From NCBI RefSeq assembly GCF_902459465.1, contig NC_047079.1, positions 6,386,001 to 6,450,000 on the forward strand: 64,000 nucleotides of DNA. Direction: 5' to 3'. The translations under genes were made by a program, and so were the position numbers. The stretch's first letter is position 1, and each line of letters begins with the position of its first letter. Shown here one piece after another: positions 24,201 to 37,983 of the stretch. Below the pieces are notes generated by a model, which searched no databases, was not told the DNA's origin, and saw nothing but the letters and a program-made list of their open reading frames with translations. This DNA is from Asterias rubens (Eukaryota).

Positions 24201-25447
24201 TTGTAGAAAGATCCCTGGGGGAGGCTCATACCAGCTCTGAAAAACCTTCTAAACCTTAATAGAAATGTGGTTAAAAACTGTGTTTGGTTTCTGGCTATAG
24301 TGTACCTTGTGTGCGTTCCCGGTAAAGTACACATAATTAAGACTGTTTTGAAATATGCAATTAATGTATAATTAAGTAGGCTCACTACAGTGTACATCAG
24401 ATAGAATTTAAATATAATTTAACACATTGTAATTAGGTTGCACTTCTGGTGCGTTGTTTCTTGAGAAAGTAAAGTTTTGCCCCGTTGTATTGAACATTCC
24501 ATCTAATTAAACAGCAGAATTTTGCTCACTGTCCACTATTTCATTTTTTCTATACTGTGCACAAATGTGAACCCTAGGTATACAAATTATCAGTCCCCCC
24601 CCCCCCCCCACTCAAACCCCATCCAGTCCCGACATATTATGATATTATTTATCATAGGTTGTGTGCATTTTGAAGGTACATCATGTAACTCAAGTCTGGG
24701 TGTTTACTGTTTACTTACAGGCTATTCCTTGTTTGGCAATGGAGTAATGTTAATGACATACTTGCTTGGTTTTGAATTCTGTGAACATATGGTACTTTCA
24801 TCATATGGATTTTTGTAAAATATTTTAACTTTTATAGGCTTGGCCTATATGTACATTTTGCCTTCGAGAAAGATTGCACTGGGTTTGAAATAACAGGCTA
24901 TTTTTGGCATTTTTATACTCTGACGACACAAAGGTACAGTTGTAGGGTCATCGTTTTTTGTTTTGTTTTTGCACGGTTTTCATCTTGTAATCAGGTTCTT
25001 GTGATAATTCACTGGCACTGCAGAGGCTCATAATAGCCTTCGCATCCGGCAATGTGAAAAGTACTTCAATTTGTCCGACTTCATATATCAAACTAGTGAG
25101 TACGACCTAAGTTTTGTTTCCGTTTTTATTTGGATGCAGAAGCTCAATATAACTACGCACTGTGCTTCCATAAATTACGCACTGAGCACTGTGATAAATG
25201 GGTCACTCAGTGCGCTGCGTACGCAGTTAAAATTCAGCGGACACAGAAGTGCAATATTTACTACGCAATTTGCTTCCATTTGCATACAGGTACTGCGCAC
25301 CGTGCTAAATTGGTCAATGCGCTGCATACACAGTGAAAACACAGCAAGTATGAACGGGCCTTTAGATGGCCTGTGCTTCATTTTAATTTGTTAAAACAAC
25401 ACTTTGCTTTCAATTCTGTGTTTCTTTCCTCAGACACGATAGAAGAC

Positions 25448-28400
25448 ATGACGACGACCATGGATCGTCTCCAGCAGGAGCTGGATAACCTAGACCAAGC
25501 CAGGCAGGAGCTTTCCAGTCCTCAGCCTTACACCACACAGACCATCTCATCAGCCAACCTCTACTCCAGTCAGCCCAAGAAGTTTGCCCCTGTCACTGCG
25601 CCCAAACCCAAGGGCAAGGCTGGTGGGTATGGGGGTAGTTCTCTGCCCCCGCCAGGCCCCCACAGTTCCAGAGGTGAGGATAGTTTTCCGGTCTTGTCAT
25701 TTTGAATTTGCTTGGCTTGAGTGTGAATGACAGTGCCCTATGTTAGTTACTTCCATTTTTTAACTTCTCTTCATTTTTTGTGTGTAGTATGAGGCATGAT
25801 AGGAATGCGAACAAAGTGTTCAATTATTCAAATCGTGATATTGGTAAATTACGCAAGTTTGTTTGAGTTTGTAAATTTCACTGAATTTCAGAAAGAGTTT
25901 ATTCCAATATCTTACAACAGTTTACACCGAACGAAGTAGTTGACCCTTTCTCACTAGCGTCACATTTCTATCCCCACACGGGAGATTTGCCATTTGGGTA
26001 CGATGTACACGTACACGTACGTTGCATTTCTAAGTGCATACTTGTTCAGTTCTAGTACTGTGACACGCATGACGTGCACATACCATGACACACTGGATGT
26101 GAGCATATCGTGACACATGTGACATGTACGTGTAAGTACACCGGTATGTTAAATGAAAAAGTAGTGACATGATCAAAGAAGGATCTGTACTACTAAATGG
26201 TAAGCCGGTACTCATAAATATTTTGTACACTCCTGCCATTTTTTGTCAGTCTACAACACATACTTTTCACTTGAAGACACGATCATTACTTTTCTGACAT
26301 TAATATTTTAAATTGCGCTGCCATATGCGAGCCATTAATCCACATCAGAGAGTTATCTGAAGAAATCCTACAATGGGTGAGAAGCTATGAAATATACTAC
26401 ACATACCTTTAGCCCACATCAACAACCTACGTACATTAAACCAATCAACAAATCGTTACTGGTTTAGCAGATGTAAGCAAATAAATAACCAACATAATTT
26501 GTGTACGAATTCTATTTAAAACCGTTCAATCAAAAAGTTTGGACTATTTCTTCTGGGCATTTCGTTTTGAGATACGTACACACCCATTACCAAATAATAG
26601 TGTCTATTAATTCAATCCAACAGAATTATGCAAAACATGGCTGTGAATTTTAAAGCTTTTTGGGATGGTAAAGGTTTAAAATGTTATTCATCATAAATGA
26701 AAAGTCTTCTAAAATTAATCGTAGCCTTTGCATACATATCAATCTTAACAGAAAAGCTTTGATACCGGTAAAATACCAGTATAAAGTGTAACAAAGATCG
26801 TTCATGACAATCAATACATTTACGTTGAAACTAGTTTTGTCTTCCTGGTTGCATTTTTCGATGTAAAAGCATTCATCTGACAACATTCAGTTTTCTTTTT
26901 AGACTTTCCGTTTGTGTTACAATTTTTGGCCAGAAGATTTACATGCATAGTTGTAATTTGATTTTCTCCATACATTGTTAATTAAGTCCGCGGCACTACA
27001 TTATCACAAACACCGATGCAAAGCTCTTAGCATGACATTGGCCTTGGCCTTCCGTCTTCCGAAATGGAACTGTAATCAAACTACGAAGTAATAAAATTAC
27101 AAACATCGATCCAGTTAGTTTGTCTGCTACATATGCAATGACATTACAAGTCCTTATTTGATTATATGAAACGTTTGAGGGTGGGGGAAAAAACCTGGAT
27201 GTCGTCATGCAATTTAATTACTAGGGTAAGATGGTTGGTGGGTGTATTACATTGGTTATGGTGTGTATTTATTATGTCAGTGTGGAAACATGACTAGTCT
27301 AAACCCTACTTTTCCGGTATATTTTATAATATACAATGCATGTATACAGTAAAACACAGAACAGAAATTGCATGGCATCAGATGTATTTTTTGCATTGGG
27401 ATAAAGATTAGAACTTGGTGACAAAAATATTTAAATAAATAAATTTGCACTTCGCACTCGAACTGCCTCTTGCCATCGGGCCACCTCGGTTGTCTATTAG
27501 TACACATGTGAGACCAGTGTGCTTGACTCCTCGGCTATAACACACCCCTTGAAATGTTTGGCAGTGGAAATTGACATTGAGGTGACCTTAATGTCATGTA
27601 CTGTACCTATCAAAGAAAATCTGCCTTGCCCTCACAAGAAAGATGATGCGATGTTCCAGGCTTCCTCTGTTTGCCCAATATTTATTTTCACCTAGTGATT
27701 TGAATTTATTGGACTATAAGGCAGCTGCGGAGATGATGACCTGGTCATCTCCCTACCTCATCGTCCTTTCTAGCATGCCTTCTATCAAGTCAAGAATGGA
27801 GAAAGATGGTTCCAAGCCTGCCATGAACTCTGAAGCGATTGCCTCAATGCCCATAATCATTGCCTTGGTGCCCCTCTAAGGCCGAGTTATAGTCGGTCGC
27901 GCGATGGTCGGGCGTCGGAAATCTAGACGCGCGATCATAAAAAGACACGTTTTTTAAGCCTCAGTCTTAGGATTGCGCGCAAGATTTCCGTCGCGCGACC
28001 ATCGCGCGACAGACTATAAACCGGCCTTTATAGTAATCATCTTTACACTAAAGATGGTTTCAAGCCTATCAAGCAAGGAGAAAGACAGTTCAAAACCTTC
28101 ATACCCGCCACAAACTCTGTCATTCCTCCAGATCCTTGCCCCATTTGTATGTCGTTGATCTTTACATGCCCTAAATTCCTGACGAGATAAAAATAAACCT
28201 TCAACCACCACCGAGCACCGAGGACGGTCCATCAGTAAATGTCATACCATGACTGGGGATGCCCACTTGCCCCTAGATATCAGGGTTTAATTTGACTGGT
28301 CTTTTCCTGCTGTGTGACTACAGTCAGCATGCCAGAGCATGCTAATTTCCAGAACCCAAGAGCTCCGGCAAAAAAATACTGCTTACAAATTTTCTGCTAA

Positions 28401-31400
28401 GCAAAAATAAGCAGGTAGCAGTTAAGAGGGTACATGTGACATCTTATTTTGGCTAGTAACCTTATTCTGGTTAGCAAAATTTTGCTTAGCCACTTTTTGT
28501 GCTTATAAGCAGCCTTATGAAATTTTGCCCTGTAACCAACCGTGAGGGACAGATGTGTGCTGGGACTCTGGCGTCCGGCAGCACTGAGGAATCCATGCCC
28601 TGGACCCAGTTTCCTGGAGCTTAAGCCTTTTTATGCCTAAGTTATTTAAATTTGATCAAGTCCAGCATAAATAAAATCATATTGTGAAAACTACATGATT
28701 GAACACTTACAAATGTACAAAGTAAATACTTTGTACTGTGCATTTAGGTTTTTTTTCCATCACACATTTTATAAGATTTAATACATATTTCACAGACAAA
28801 AATCTCATTCCAAGAAAATCTCATGTTAACAAATTGTGCTTTGTTTTCAAAATGCCAGTTGTGAAACCTGCGGTGGCTTGAATAGTGTAGATAGACTCTT
28901 ATCCTAATACAGCCATCTTTAAATCTGCCATTAAAAGCATTGGAGTCAAAGCGAGGCTCGAAGGCCAAAATATAGTCTGGTGCTCTTCTGTCATGTGATG
29001 TCAATATTCCCTACTGTTGAAAGTATACAGGGAACTTGACAAAGATGGCTGCAGAATGGTAAAAGTATGTTCAATACATGTGTTGACCCAACTCACCTTG
29101 GCCCAATTTCATGAAGCTGTTTAGCAGAAAATTCTGCTTAGCAAATTGCTTTGCTAAGTAAGAAATTAGGAGGGTACCAGTCACAGCAATGGTAAATGGA
29201 TGGTAGTTTGGCTGGTAACCTATTTTTGCTAAGCAAGAGTTTTCTGTGCTTACATGCTTTATGAAACTGGCCCCTGATGACGTCATCATCACAACTATCT
29301 TGGTTGCGCCATTTTGGGAGTCAATGACCCGCAGAAAAGTTGAGTCCATTTTAACGAAGCAACCAGACCTGTGTATTGAGAGAGTTGCTACAACTTGCGA
29401 TTGGAAGCCATTTTCGGTAAAAACTCTAGATGCAGCGCTTGCACACTTTCTATCATTTGTGCGTACAAATTTGACTTCCAAAATGGCGAATGTGGCTGAC
29501 ATAAGCCCCATGTGATGTCGGTGCAATGGGTCAGTATTAGAAGCTTGGTTGCATTTTGATGGTAAACTAATGCCTGTTTTTTCTCCCTTCTCCAATTCCT
29601 GAACTCTCTTCTCTCTCTCTCTCTTCAACGCTCAATTCATTCCGAAATTTGTTCTTCTCATACTTGCCTGGTATCCTGTAATGCTCAATTGAATCATTGT
29701 ATGCTGTTGCTGTGGTCTCTTGCAAATTTGGCTGGTGTTCATGTTTTGCATTGTTGTACCGTTTCGGTGGGTGTTATGTCTGTAGCCCCTCCCCCTCCAA
29801 CGCTACCCAAACCAACCAGGCAGACGCCAGCGAAAGTAGGTAAGAAAGTCTCCTGGACGCGAGAAAGTGCATTAACGACCTCTGTAGACCTCTTGCATAC
29901 ACACCATTCAGGATCCAATTTCATAAAGCCTGTAAGCACGCAAACTTGCTAAGCAGACAAATCTTGCTAAGAAGCAAAAATAGGTTACCAGCCAAAATTC
30001 TGGTGCCCCATTGATATTTTGCTCAAAGCAGAGAAATTTGCTAAACAGGATTTTCTGCTTTGTAAGCAGCTTTATGAACTTGGGACCTGTAGTCAGTACC
30101 ATTTTATCGATCAAAGATAATGTGATTTTGCATTTTAAACGCATCCAGCTGTTGGTTACAAACTTTTCATCTCAACACACTGTCTCTCAATCCCTTCCTC
30201 AAACAAAAAGAAAACTAGAATTAATAAAAAAAAAAAAATTAAATGGTGCACTATTATTTTACTATGTCTTTATGCAAGGGGTCTGGTGCTGTTATTCACT
30301 CTTGAAGAGTTCCTAGGAAAAGTTTAAACCAAGTGAAAGTCTTGGAACCACTTCTCAGATTCACAGTCAGAGTGCTAATAAGTTGCCCCCACATCCATTG
30401 TTTCCCTCTCTCCACTCTTCTTTTTATTTATTTACTAAAATAAAGAGATTGTCAGTTTTTCTTTTTTGCAAAAAAATTGATTAACAAATTGCAAGATCCT
30501 CACAGGGTCATTGGAAAACTGTCGGGAAAACTTTCGGAGTGATACATTGGAGAATTATGAGAGCAGCTTTGTTTTCCGACTGTTCACTTGAATGAGTGAA
30601 AATGAAAGTTTATCATGTGTAATAGGCCTTTTTGAGGTAGGGCGGACGTGATGTAGGAGTGTACTGTTTGGTTTGGGTGTATACATACACAAATTTACCC
30701 AAACCTTATAGTATTGTAGCATTGTGTCCCCCATGAGGTATGGCGGACAGGATAGGAGTGTACTGTTTGGTTTGGGTGTATACACACACAAATTTACCCA
30801 AACCTTATAGTATTGTAGCATTGTGTCCGCCATATCTCAAAAAGGCTTATATGTTTTGGTCATGTAAGCCTATGAGATTTCTCCTTTGCTCATTAACTGT
30901 TAACTAAGACCGCTAACTGCTTTGATATTCAATGAATGCATGATTCCTTGAAAGTATTGATCTTTTCATAAATTGCGATTCTTCTTTTTTGCTTTGCCTT
31001 GTTTATTTTTACCTAGAAAATTAGAGGGGGGAGATGGAAAGTAAAACTGTGACATTCCATGTACAAATATGTGTCAATGGGAGACTTTTGGGATGCTTGG
31101 GGCAGCAGACTTCCCAGGTAAAATCCATTGTTCTCGGTAATGAGCGCATGCTCAGAACTACGTAAACAATGGACATTTACCTGGTAAGTCTGCTGCCACC
31201 TAGCGTCCCAAAGTCTCCCATTGTTTTTGTTTAGAAAGTTGTTGTTGTTTCATTGTTCAGCTCTGACTGCTCTGTTTTTTTTTTTTTCTCTTCAAAATTC
31301 TCTTTTCCAGTAAAAGAAGGGTTCATTTGCCTGGAATAAACTTTCGGCCAAAAAAAAAACACCCCAGAAATTTAGATTTTTAAACTCTACTCCTGATGTT

Positions 31401-34400
31401 ACTATGTAGTTTCGTTTTCTAAAAAGTATTTGAATTGTTGTCACATAGAAAATAGTCACTTCGTTGACTTTACACAGTTCACAAAATTTGTTTTGGTGTT
31501 TTTTGTTTTTAAAGACAGCACTTCACTTTAGACCCTTATGAAGAAAGTCTATATTTAACAGCTGTACACACTGTATATTATTAGTGGGTTTAACAAGTTA
31601 CGGCCGACTCTGACTTGCTTCCTGACTTGCCGACTGCATTATCTGGCTTGTGTCCAAATTGTCTGGCAGCCATTGCCCTAATATGGCTGATGCAACAAAG
31701 CAAGAAATATTCAAAGCTAACTGACTTGGCCAGCCTGCTTCGCAATACATACAAGGAGTCTTTGTTTTTGCTCCATCAACAGCTTTCAGTTTTACGCATT
31801 ATGTACTTTCATTCAGTACTTTTCCTTTCATAATTGTGGGCTTGTTTCTGAATTTCCCCAATTACTTTCTGGAAGTATTTTTCTCCCCCCCCCCTCACTA
31901 TATGGTTTACTCCTTTGTATAGCCCAGATTCTTTTCTATGTCCTGATTCTTATGTAGTCGGCCTAACCAACCATGTTTTTTCCACCACTGTTGTGTTCCA
32001 AAAAACTCTACTCTGTCCTCGCAAGTCTGTTTTTTTTTTGCTGTTTTAAAATAAAAAACTCTAGCTTATTTCATTATTATTTTTTTATTACTTTTTTTTC
32101 CCGCTGATAATTTTCCTTTGTAACAGGTCCACCAGCGCCACCTCCTAAAACATCTCCGCGCCATCAGCAGTTTAGTACAGCAGGTAGCTGGTTTTAAAGC
32201 TTCTCACTTTTCGTTGATCGTTCTTTTCACGTTTCCCCCTTTCACCTCTTTCACCACCGGTCTCACACAATAATGTCATACTTTTGTCTCAGGACATTTT
32301 GCTACCAAATAACCACTTTTCATAGAGCTTGGCAAGCTGTTTACGCTTCAAGTCAAATATTAGGTGGGAAAAACTGGCTTTTCTTGACATGATAAAGCAT
32401 TTGTTGGGGGGCCAAAAATGTTCCAGTACATAAGAGACTTGCATAGTCTTTTGCAAAACCCTTTCTCAAATGTTGGTATTTAAAGTCATAACTCAACAAA
32501 ATGGAATGGTATTTATTTGAGACTCAAAAGTCAAAATTTGGGGGTTTCCTATCAAGATTGTAGACAGTGAGAGATTGTTACTCAATTAAAGAGCACAACA
32601 CCATCAGACTTTGCCAGTCATTAGTTTACTGACACTAAAACCACTGGCCTTGAGCCTTCAGTCAAGTGTAAAATTCAAGCCCTGCTCCAGTGATGTTGGG
32701 CGAAGGCCTCTTTACCTACAACAAAGTGCACTTCAAACCAAGTATAAGAATAAAATGTAAACACAAAGCATGTACTGAGGTACTAAGAAGCTTTATGAAA
32801 ACTGGTCTGAAACAAATACATTCAGTGGAAAGACCCCTACTCTATACCCAACATTTCCCTGTTTCAGTTGTTCAGCAACATGCTCGCTAAGTTAATGTAT
32901 CAATGTATGTCCCCCACAAACAGTCTCTCACATTGTTGTGGGGGTCTTAACTCTCCCCTCTTCCCACCTGGCCCTTCATTGGCTTTTGTGTAAATTCTCA
33001 GAGACCTCTGAACTCTTGAAATCCAAATACCGATGTTGTTCCTAAACACTTGAATTCTTTCCCTATTATACGATACCACCTATCCGCTCCGGGCATGAGC
33101 CAACCTCGTTCCCAGGGGTGTTTGATCTTCCCCGCCCTGCCCGCGCCAGTTCCCCACAGAATGGCTCGCTCAATAACCCCTGGAAGTGTGAAATTGACAT
33201 CAGAGACCAATATCTGCTTTTTTTTAGTTAGTCCTGCGGTTGATTCAATTTGTGTAACAGAGGTGCGCAGAACCCGCAATCAAAAGGTTGTTAGCATAAT
33301 TAAGTTGTGCGCATAATTCACACCACTAGAGGCAGGGGATAGCCATGCTCGGAGCAGATTATGCGTAGCCCTTTCGTTCATGACCTCAACCATGGTGTAG
33401 CCATGTTGGTTTTATACAGTGTAACTCAGTGTAACCAAACTGAGACTCAGAGGAAAATAGTCTGGTCCTTGTGTAGAAAATGCAGTTTAGAACTATGGCT
33501 GGCACTGTGTATACAGGGAGCTAGACTTAGATGGCCACACCATGAAAAAGGATCTACAATACGTACTTTTGTGGTTTACACAAAAGTTCTGTCTGATTGA
33601 CCCACACCATTGGTCTCACACGTGACTGTACAGTTTTGTCTCATTTACCAACTGATAGTTCCCATTAGATGCCATCTTGGCTTTTGGCTTTGAGCTGCGT
33701 CACACACTCTAGTGTTTCTACGCAGTCATCAATTACTGGTTCTGTGACCAATCATGCAAGGAAATTGATCATACTCTCGCTTGCCGCTCGCAATATTAAC
33801 GCAAACAAACATAGCTGTGTGTAAAAAAAAATGACTGATTTGCCCAAAGAGATGGCTGTCTTAACACTGTGTGACGCAAAGTGGGAACTATCTGTATTGA
33901 CTTTATTTAATCCATTTGTAACTCTTAACATGTAAGCCCGCTTCAACATTTTTTGCCTGCACGGAACCTGTCTCGCACATTAATCATTTAACCCAGGGCA
34001 TTTAAATAACAGCGTCTACTTAAGCATTAACATCATGTTTCACAGGTTTCATCTTTAAAATTATGTACCACAGTTGTTTTCTATTTGTGAACAAAACGGA
34101 CAAACAAATACCCTGTCAGGTTTGTACTATTGCAGAAGTTGTTCTCAATAGAACACACAAGCAGTTTGTACAGTGGTTCCACCTGTTTTAGTAACGTACA
34201 ACTCGTATAATGAATGTTTTCTGCAGAGGCTGTTTTTCTTGGTTTTTAATAACAAGTAACTCCAATACTCAAACCATGAAGTAGTATCCGTTTGGCGGCT
34301 TTGATGTTAACAGTTTGGCTGGTAAATAGTGGTGTGGCCCATAAATGATAACAGTATGGCTGCAAATCATCGCAGAATGGCCTCCAAATAACTCCATCCA

Positions 34401-37310
34401 ATAAAAGTATATTAAAATGTTCGTTCGAAGATGTTCACATTTTTTATGTTATCTTTTTCTTCAGCTGTGCAGTCGCACACTCAGGTATCATTTCCCAAGT
34501 CGGAAGACTTCCTCCCCCCACCCCCACCTGCCCAAGCCGTCTCCCCCGGAGATGCACCTCTTCCCCCACCACCCCCTGAGCTTCTACACGGTGGAGGGGT
34601 CCACTCTGACCTACCCCTGCCCCCGCCACCACCCCCAAGCCACGTGACGATGCAACAGTACAACGAGCCGCGCCCTCCACCGCAGCCCCATGTCCAGCCA
34701 AGCTACAACAAGCAGCCTGCGTATCAACAGCAGCGGCCACCCCAGCAGAACGGGGGCGCTGCGACGGCTGCCTACAAGCCGATTCCACCAGACCTACCGA
34801 GGAGCTATGCAGGGACCACCGTACCCAAGCCAACAGACCAGCCGATCTCGGCGCCTGCCAAGACGGGTACGGAGGCTGAGATTGACGCACTGACCAATTT
34901 ACTCATGCAGAACATGGAGGTGACCCCGGATGAAGGAGAATTCTTTGGTAAGTCCAGGATTGAGGGAGAGTTCCTGTTGTGTTAGTCCCTGTTACCAGGG
35001 TTACTACTCAAATTTTTAGAGTACTACCCAGGCCTCTAACAAACCCACGGCACCCACAGCAATTGCAGTGGTGCTCTGTGCTTTTGCTTTGGTGCCCTTT
35101 GCAAAGTTCCAATAGAAATTTACATTTTCCTCATATAGTGCCCTCTACCAGAGGACAATTGCCAGGCCCCTTCAAGAGCGAAGTCCGAGGCCTGTTATGG
35201 TTTCAGTTGCAGTGCGGCAAGCTGCCCCATTGTAACGTTGCGCTTAATGATCAAGGTTATTTTGTAAAACTTTACAGGAATCTGCGCCCGATGTGGTCAG
35301 AAGGTTGTTGGAGATAACAGCGGTTGCACTGCTATGGACCAGGTGTACCACATTGACTGCTTCACCTGTGATACCTGCCACGCCAAACTGCGTGGACACC
35401 CCTTCTTTGCCCTGGAGGGTAAAGCCTTCTGTGAGACCTGCTACATGGTGAGAAAGCAAATACAAATAATAGTTCTTATATAGTGCATTTATTAGTGCCA
35501 CATGGTCAGAGGGTCTATAACATTCCTGTAATCTTTCTTAGCATACACCCCTGAGCTGCCATGGTGCTCCAAAGGCTTTTTTATAAACACTTTTCATACA
35601 CCTGTACCCCCACAGGTACCCGCTTATACCTCTGGGTGAAGAGAAGCAATTATAGTAAAGTATCTTGCTCAAGGACACAAGTGTCATGACTGGGATTCGA
35701 ACCCACACTCCAATGACTTAATCACCAGAACTTCTATGCTCTAAACCACTTGCCCGTGACACTTCATAACGAAGCTTGATAACATTTATCTCTCCCAAAT
35801 TTTCTTATTTAGGATTCGCTGGAAAAATGCTCCACCTGTTCCAAGCCTATCACTGAAAGGGTAAGTTTGCACACAATATGTGGTTTTGCTAAGTATGGTT
35901 TGCGCTGACGCCATGTAAGAAATCTCTTTTGTGAGTATTGGTGGCTTTGCGAAAAGCCGGTTTCTGCTTGACATTTTGATCAGTGTGCTCAGACTGTCTC
36001 TCCATCCTATGCAGTGTTGCATTACTTTTGTTGTGTTGTAATAATTTACCCAAAACCGAGTTTTGTAATCTACGGCAAAAACACAACTGCAATAAATAAA
36101 ATGGCATAATCATTTTACCGTATTGTTAACGTATCCATATCCGTGTACTGTGTGAATCTGTAAATTTTGAAACCTTTCTTATATTTCGTCTCCCTTTCTA
36201 CTACACCTAGATCTTGAGAGCCACTGGCAAGCCGTACCATCCACACTGCTTCACCTGTGTAGTGTGTGGAAAGAGCCTTGACGGGATACCGTTCACTGTG
36301 GATGCAACTAACCAGATTCACTGCATTGAGGACTTCCACAAGTAAGTCTTCAGTTCAGTGCGTGATGACCACTAAATTACTAAGTGGCACTTTGTAATAA
36401 TGTTCTGAAGAATAATCATCAATCTAATTCACTTGGGCCCAATTTCATGGAGCTTCTTAAGCAAATAAAGGAACAAAGCACAACAAAGAACTGATATGCT
36501 TACCAGGATTAGGTTACCGGCCAAAATGCCATGTCAATCTGTAAGTGGTATCCTGCTTGTTTTTGCTAAGCAGAATGTTTTGCTATGTTTAAACAATATT
36601 TTCTGCACCACCCGTTCTGAGTTTGCAATCACCGTTCTTCGCTTACAGGACAAAAACCACATCTGTGCTAGCTGTGTCGGCGAAGAACGACTAGTTACAT
36701 GGAGTATAGTGCCAAGAGAACTTGTCTGGTATATGGTGTGGGTATTATAACTTCACTTTATGTCTTCATGTTTTTTTTGCATTGCAGGAAGTTTGCCCCT
36801 CGCTGCAGTGTCTGCCTTCAGCCCATAATGCCCGAGTCAGGCCAGGAGGAGACAGTCCGCATTGTGGCCTTGGATCGTAGCTTCCATGTCGGCTGCTACA
36901 AGTGTGAGGTAAGTCTCCCTCCACCGAGTCAACTTAGCATCCATAGTTTGATGGAGTTTAACTGTAAACTTTGGGTCACAACCATTGACAAATTTTCTGG
37001 ACATGTAATTTTCGAACAAAACTCCATTGGAGAGATCGAGAGGTCGCTCAAGGCTAGGGTCTTTGGAGCACAGTTGCCCAATTTCAAGTTCGATATGGCT
37101 TCCTTCTTTAACAGTTTAAGGCAGACAACATATATGTCACTCTAAATTCCCAATTACTTTGTATGCCTCACATCTTGATCTTATCCCTTGTAGGATTGTT
37201 ACGCTCTATTGTCTTCCGAAGCGGATGGGCGTGGCTGCTTCCCATTGGACGATCATATTCTGTGCCGTGACTGCAACACCAAGCGTGTCCAGGCCCTCAC
37301 AGCACCATAA
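25448..37310 (+). CDS. LPP: Lipoma-preferred partner / zyxin-TRIP6 family protein with three LIM domains, complete, 468 aa
   Basis: Exons: 25448-25673, 29786-29839, 32127-32183, 34465-34947, 35278-35447, 35813-35860, 36211-36341, 36788-36908, 37194-37310. N-terminal [12 protein letters not shown], polyproline EVH1-type motifs, NES-like [16 protein letters not shown], and three LIM domains close to LPP ([37 protein letters not shown]). The two short proline-rich exons are less certain than the rest. Confidence 0.92.
27880..28026. mobile_element. Harbinger-like MITE
   Basis: TAA-GGCCGAGTTATAGTCGGTCGCGCGATGGTC ... GACCATCGCGCGACAGACTATAAACCGGCC. Confidence 0.75.
30623..30849. repeat. Repeat family I with two tandem units of about 103 bp
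   Basis: GAGGTA.GGCGGAC..GGAGTGTACTGTTTGGTTTGGGTGTATAC...GCATTGTGTCC occurs twice; a single-unit copy is at 8812-8925. Confidence 0.8.
31075..31223. mobile_element. MITE family D
   Basis: TIR CAATGGGAGACTTT..GGCAGCAGACTT.CCAGGTAAA; other copies at 4452-4596, 49700-49814 and 60339-60488. Confidence 0.85.
35545..35765 (-). mobile_element. tRNA-derived SINE, second family
   Basis: Reverse B box GGGATTCGAACC and body GAGAAGCAATTATAGTAAAGT.TCTTGCTCAAGGACAC. Other pieces at about 14755-14805, 44060-44170, 47805-47870, 49165-49215 and 57245-57345. Confidence 0.7.
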
Positions 37311-37837
37311 ACAGACAAACATACAAACAAACAAACAGAGAGAGAGAGAGAGACTGAATTGCAAAATAAACCAAAGGACTTCAGCAACCATTTTGGTCAA
37401 TTATTGGAAAATGACTGTTTTTTTAAACAGTGTTTTTAATTTGTTGCCTTTTCACTTTAAACCATGATAAATGGAAACAAACAAATTTCTGTGCTTCCCT
37501 TCAAAGTACTAGTTAAAAGTGTTTTCAACATGTTTATGGCCACAATTAGACAAAAAATAATCTGTGGAAAGGGTTCTATACATTTTCTTAAGTATGGCTG
37601 AAAATCTGTGTGTACGACATGCATTGTGGGAAATGCATAGTGTGCCGAAAACACCTGCAATCAAGCAACGTGCACAACTCCATGTGCCTGTAGTGTGTAC
37701 TGCATTATCGGTAAAAATGATGTGAACTTCTTAGCGTGTATCTTCATTTGAATGAAAGGATTGTGCACTATGCATAACAGACACAGATTTCCGGCCAAAT
37801 AGTTTTTAGGACCTGTTTCTTCCCTGTGCTGTAGGAA

Positions 37838-37983
37838 ACTAAGGCCGTGTCTGAAACAGCGACTCCGGCTACAGCTATGGCTAGATCAGCATATCTGCCA
37901 GTGTTGAAGAATAGGAAGCAGGCAGACACAAGCGATCTAGCCGTAACTATAGCTGAAGTCGCTGTTTCACACACGGCCTTAGT
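37838..37983. mobile_element. Harbinger-like MITE downstream of the LPP stop codon
   Basis: TAA-GGCCGTGTCTGAAACAGCGAC...GTCGCTGTTTCACACACGGCC-TTA, with imperfect TIRs of about 50 bp. Confidence 0.8.

Noticed and set aside
26539-26556. LDYFFW resembling the Tc1/mariner PDLNPLDFFLWG motif
   Set aside because: Flanking residues do not match and the frame is short, with no DDE/D context.
27733-27833. Box C (ATGATGA) and box D (CTGA) pair in an LPP intron
   Set aside because: No convincing terminal stem and no recognisable guide.
29071-29628. 185-aa minus-strand ORF
   Set aside because: It is made of MITE sequence and a CT microsatellite.
30623-30849. CRISPR-like repeat array
   Set aside because: Only two head-to-tail units with no unique spacers, in a eukaryotic context; the unit is a dispersed repeat.
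21390-31060. Several TEAD-type GGAATG/CATTCC hexamers around LPP
   Set aside because: About seven in 10 kb is not clearly above chance for a 6-mer, and they are not tightly clustered.
34444-34890. 148-aa antisense ORF (likewise 4746-5150 opposite UBE4B)
   Set aside because: Shadow ORFs opposite GC-rich real exons.
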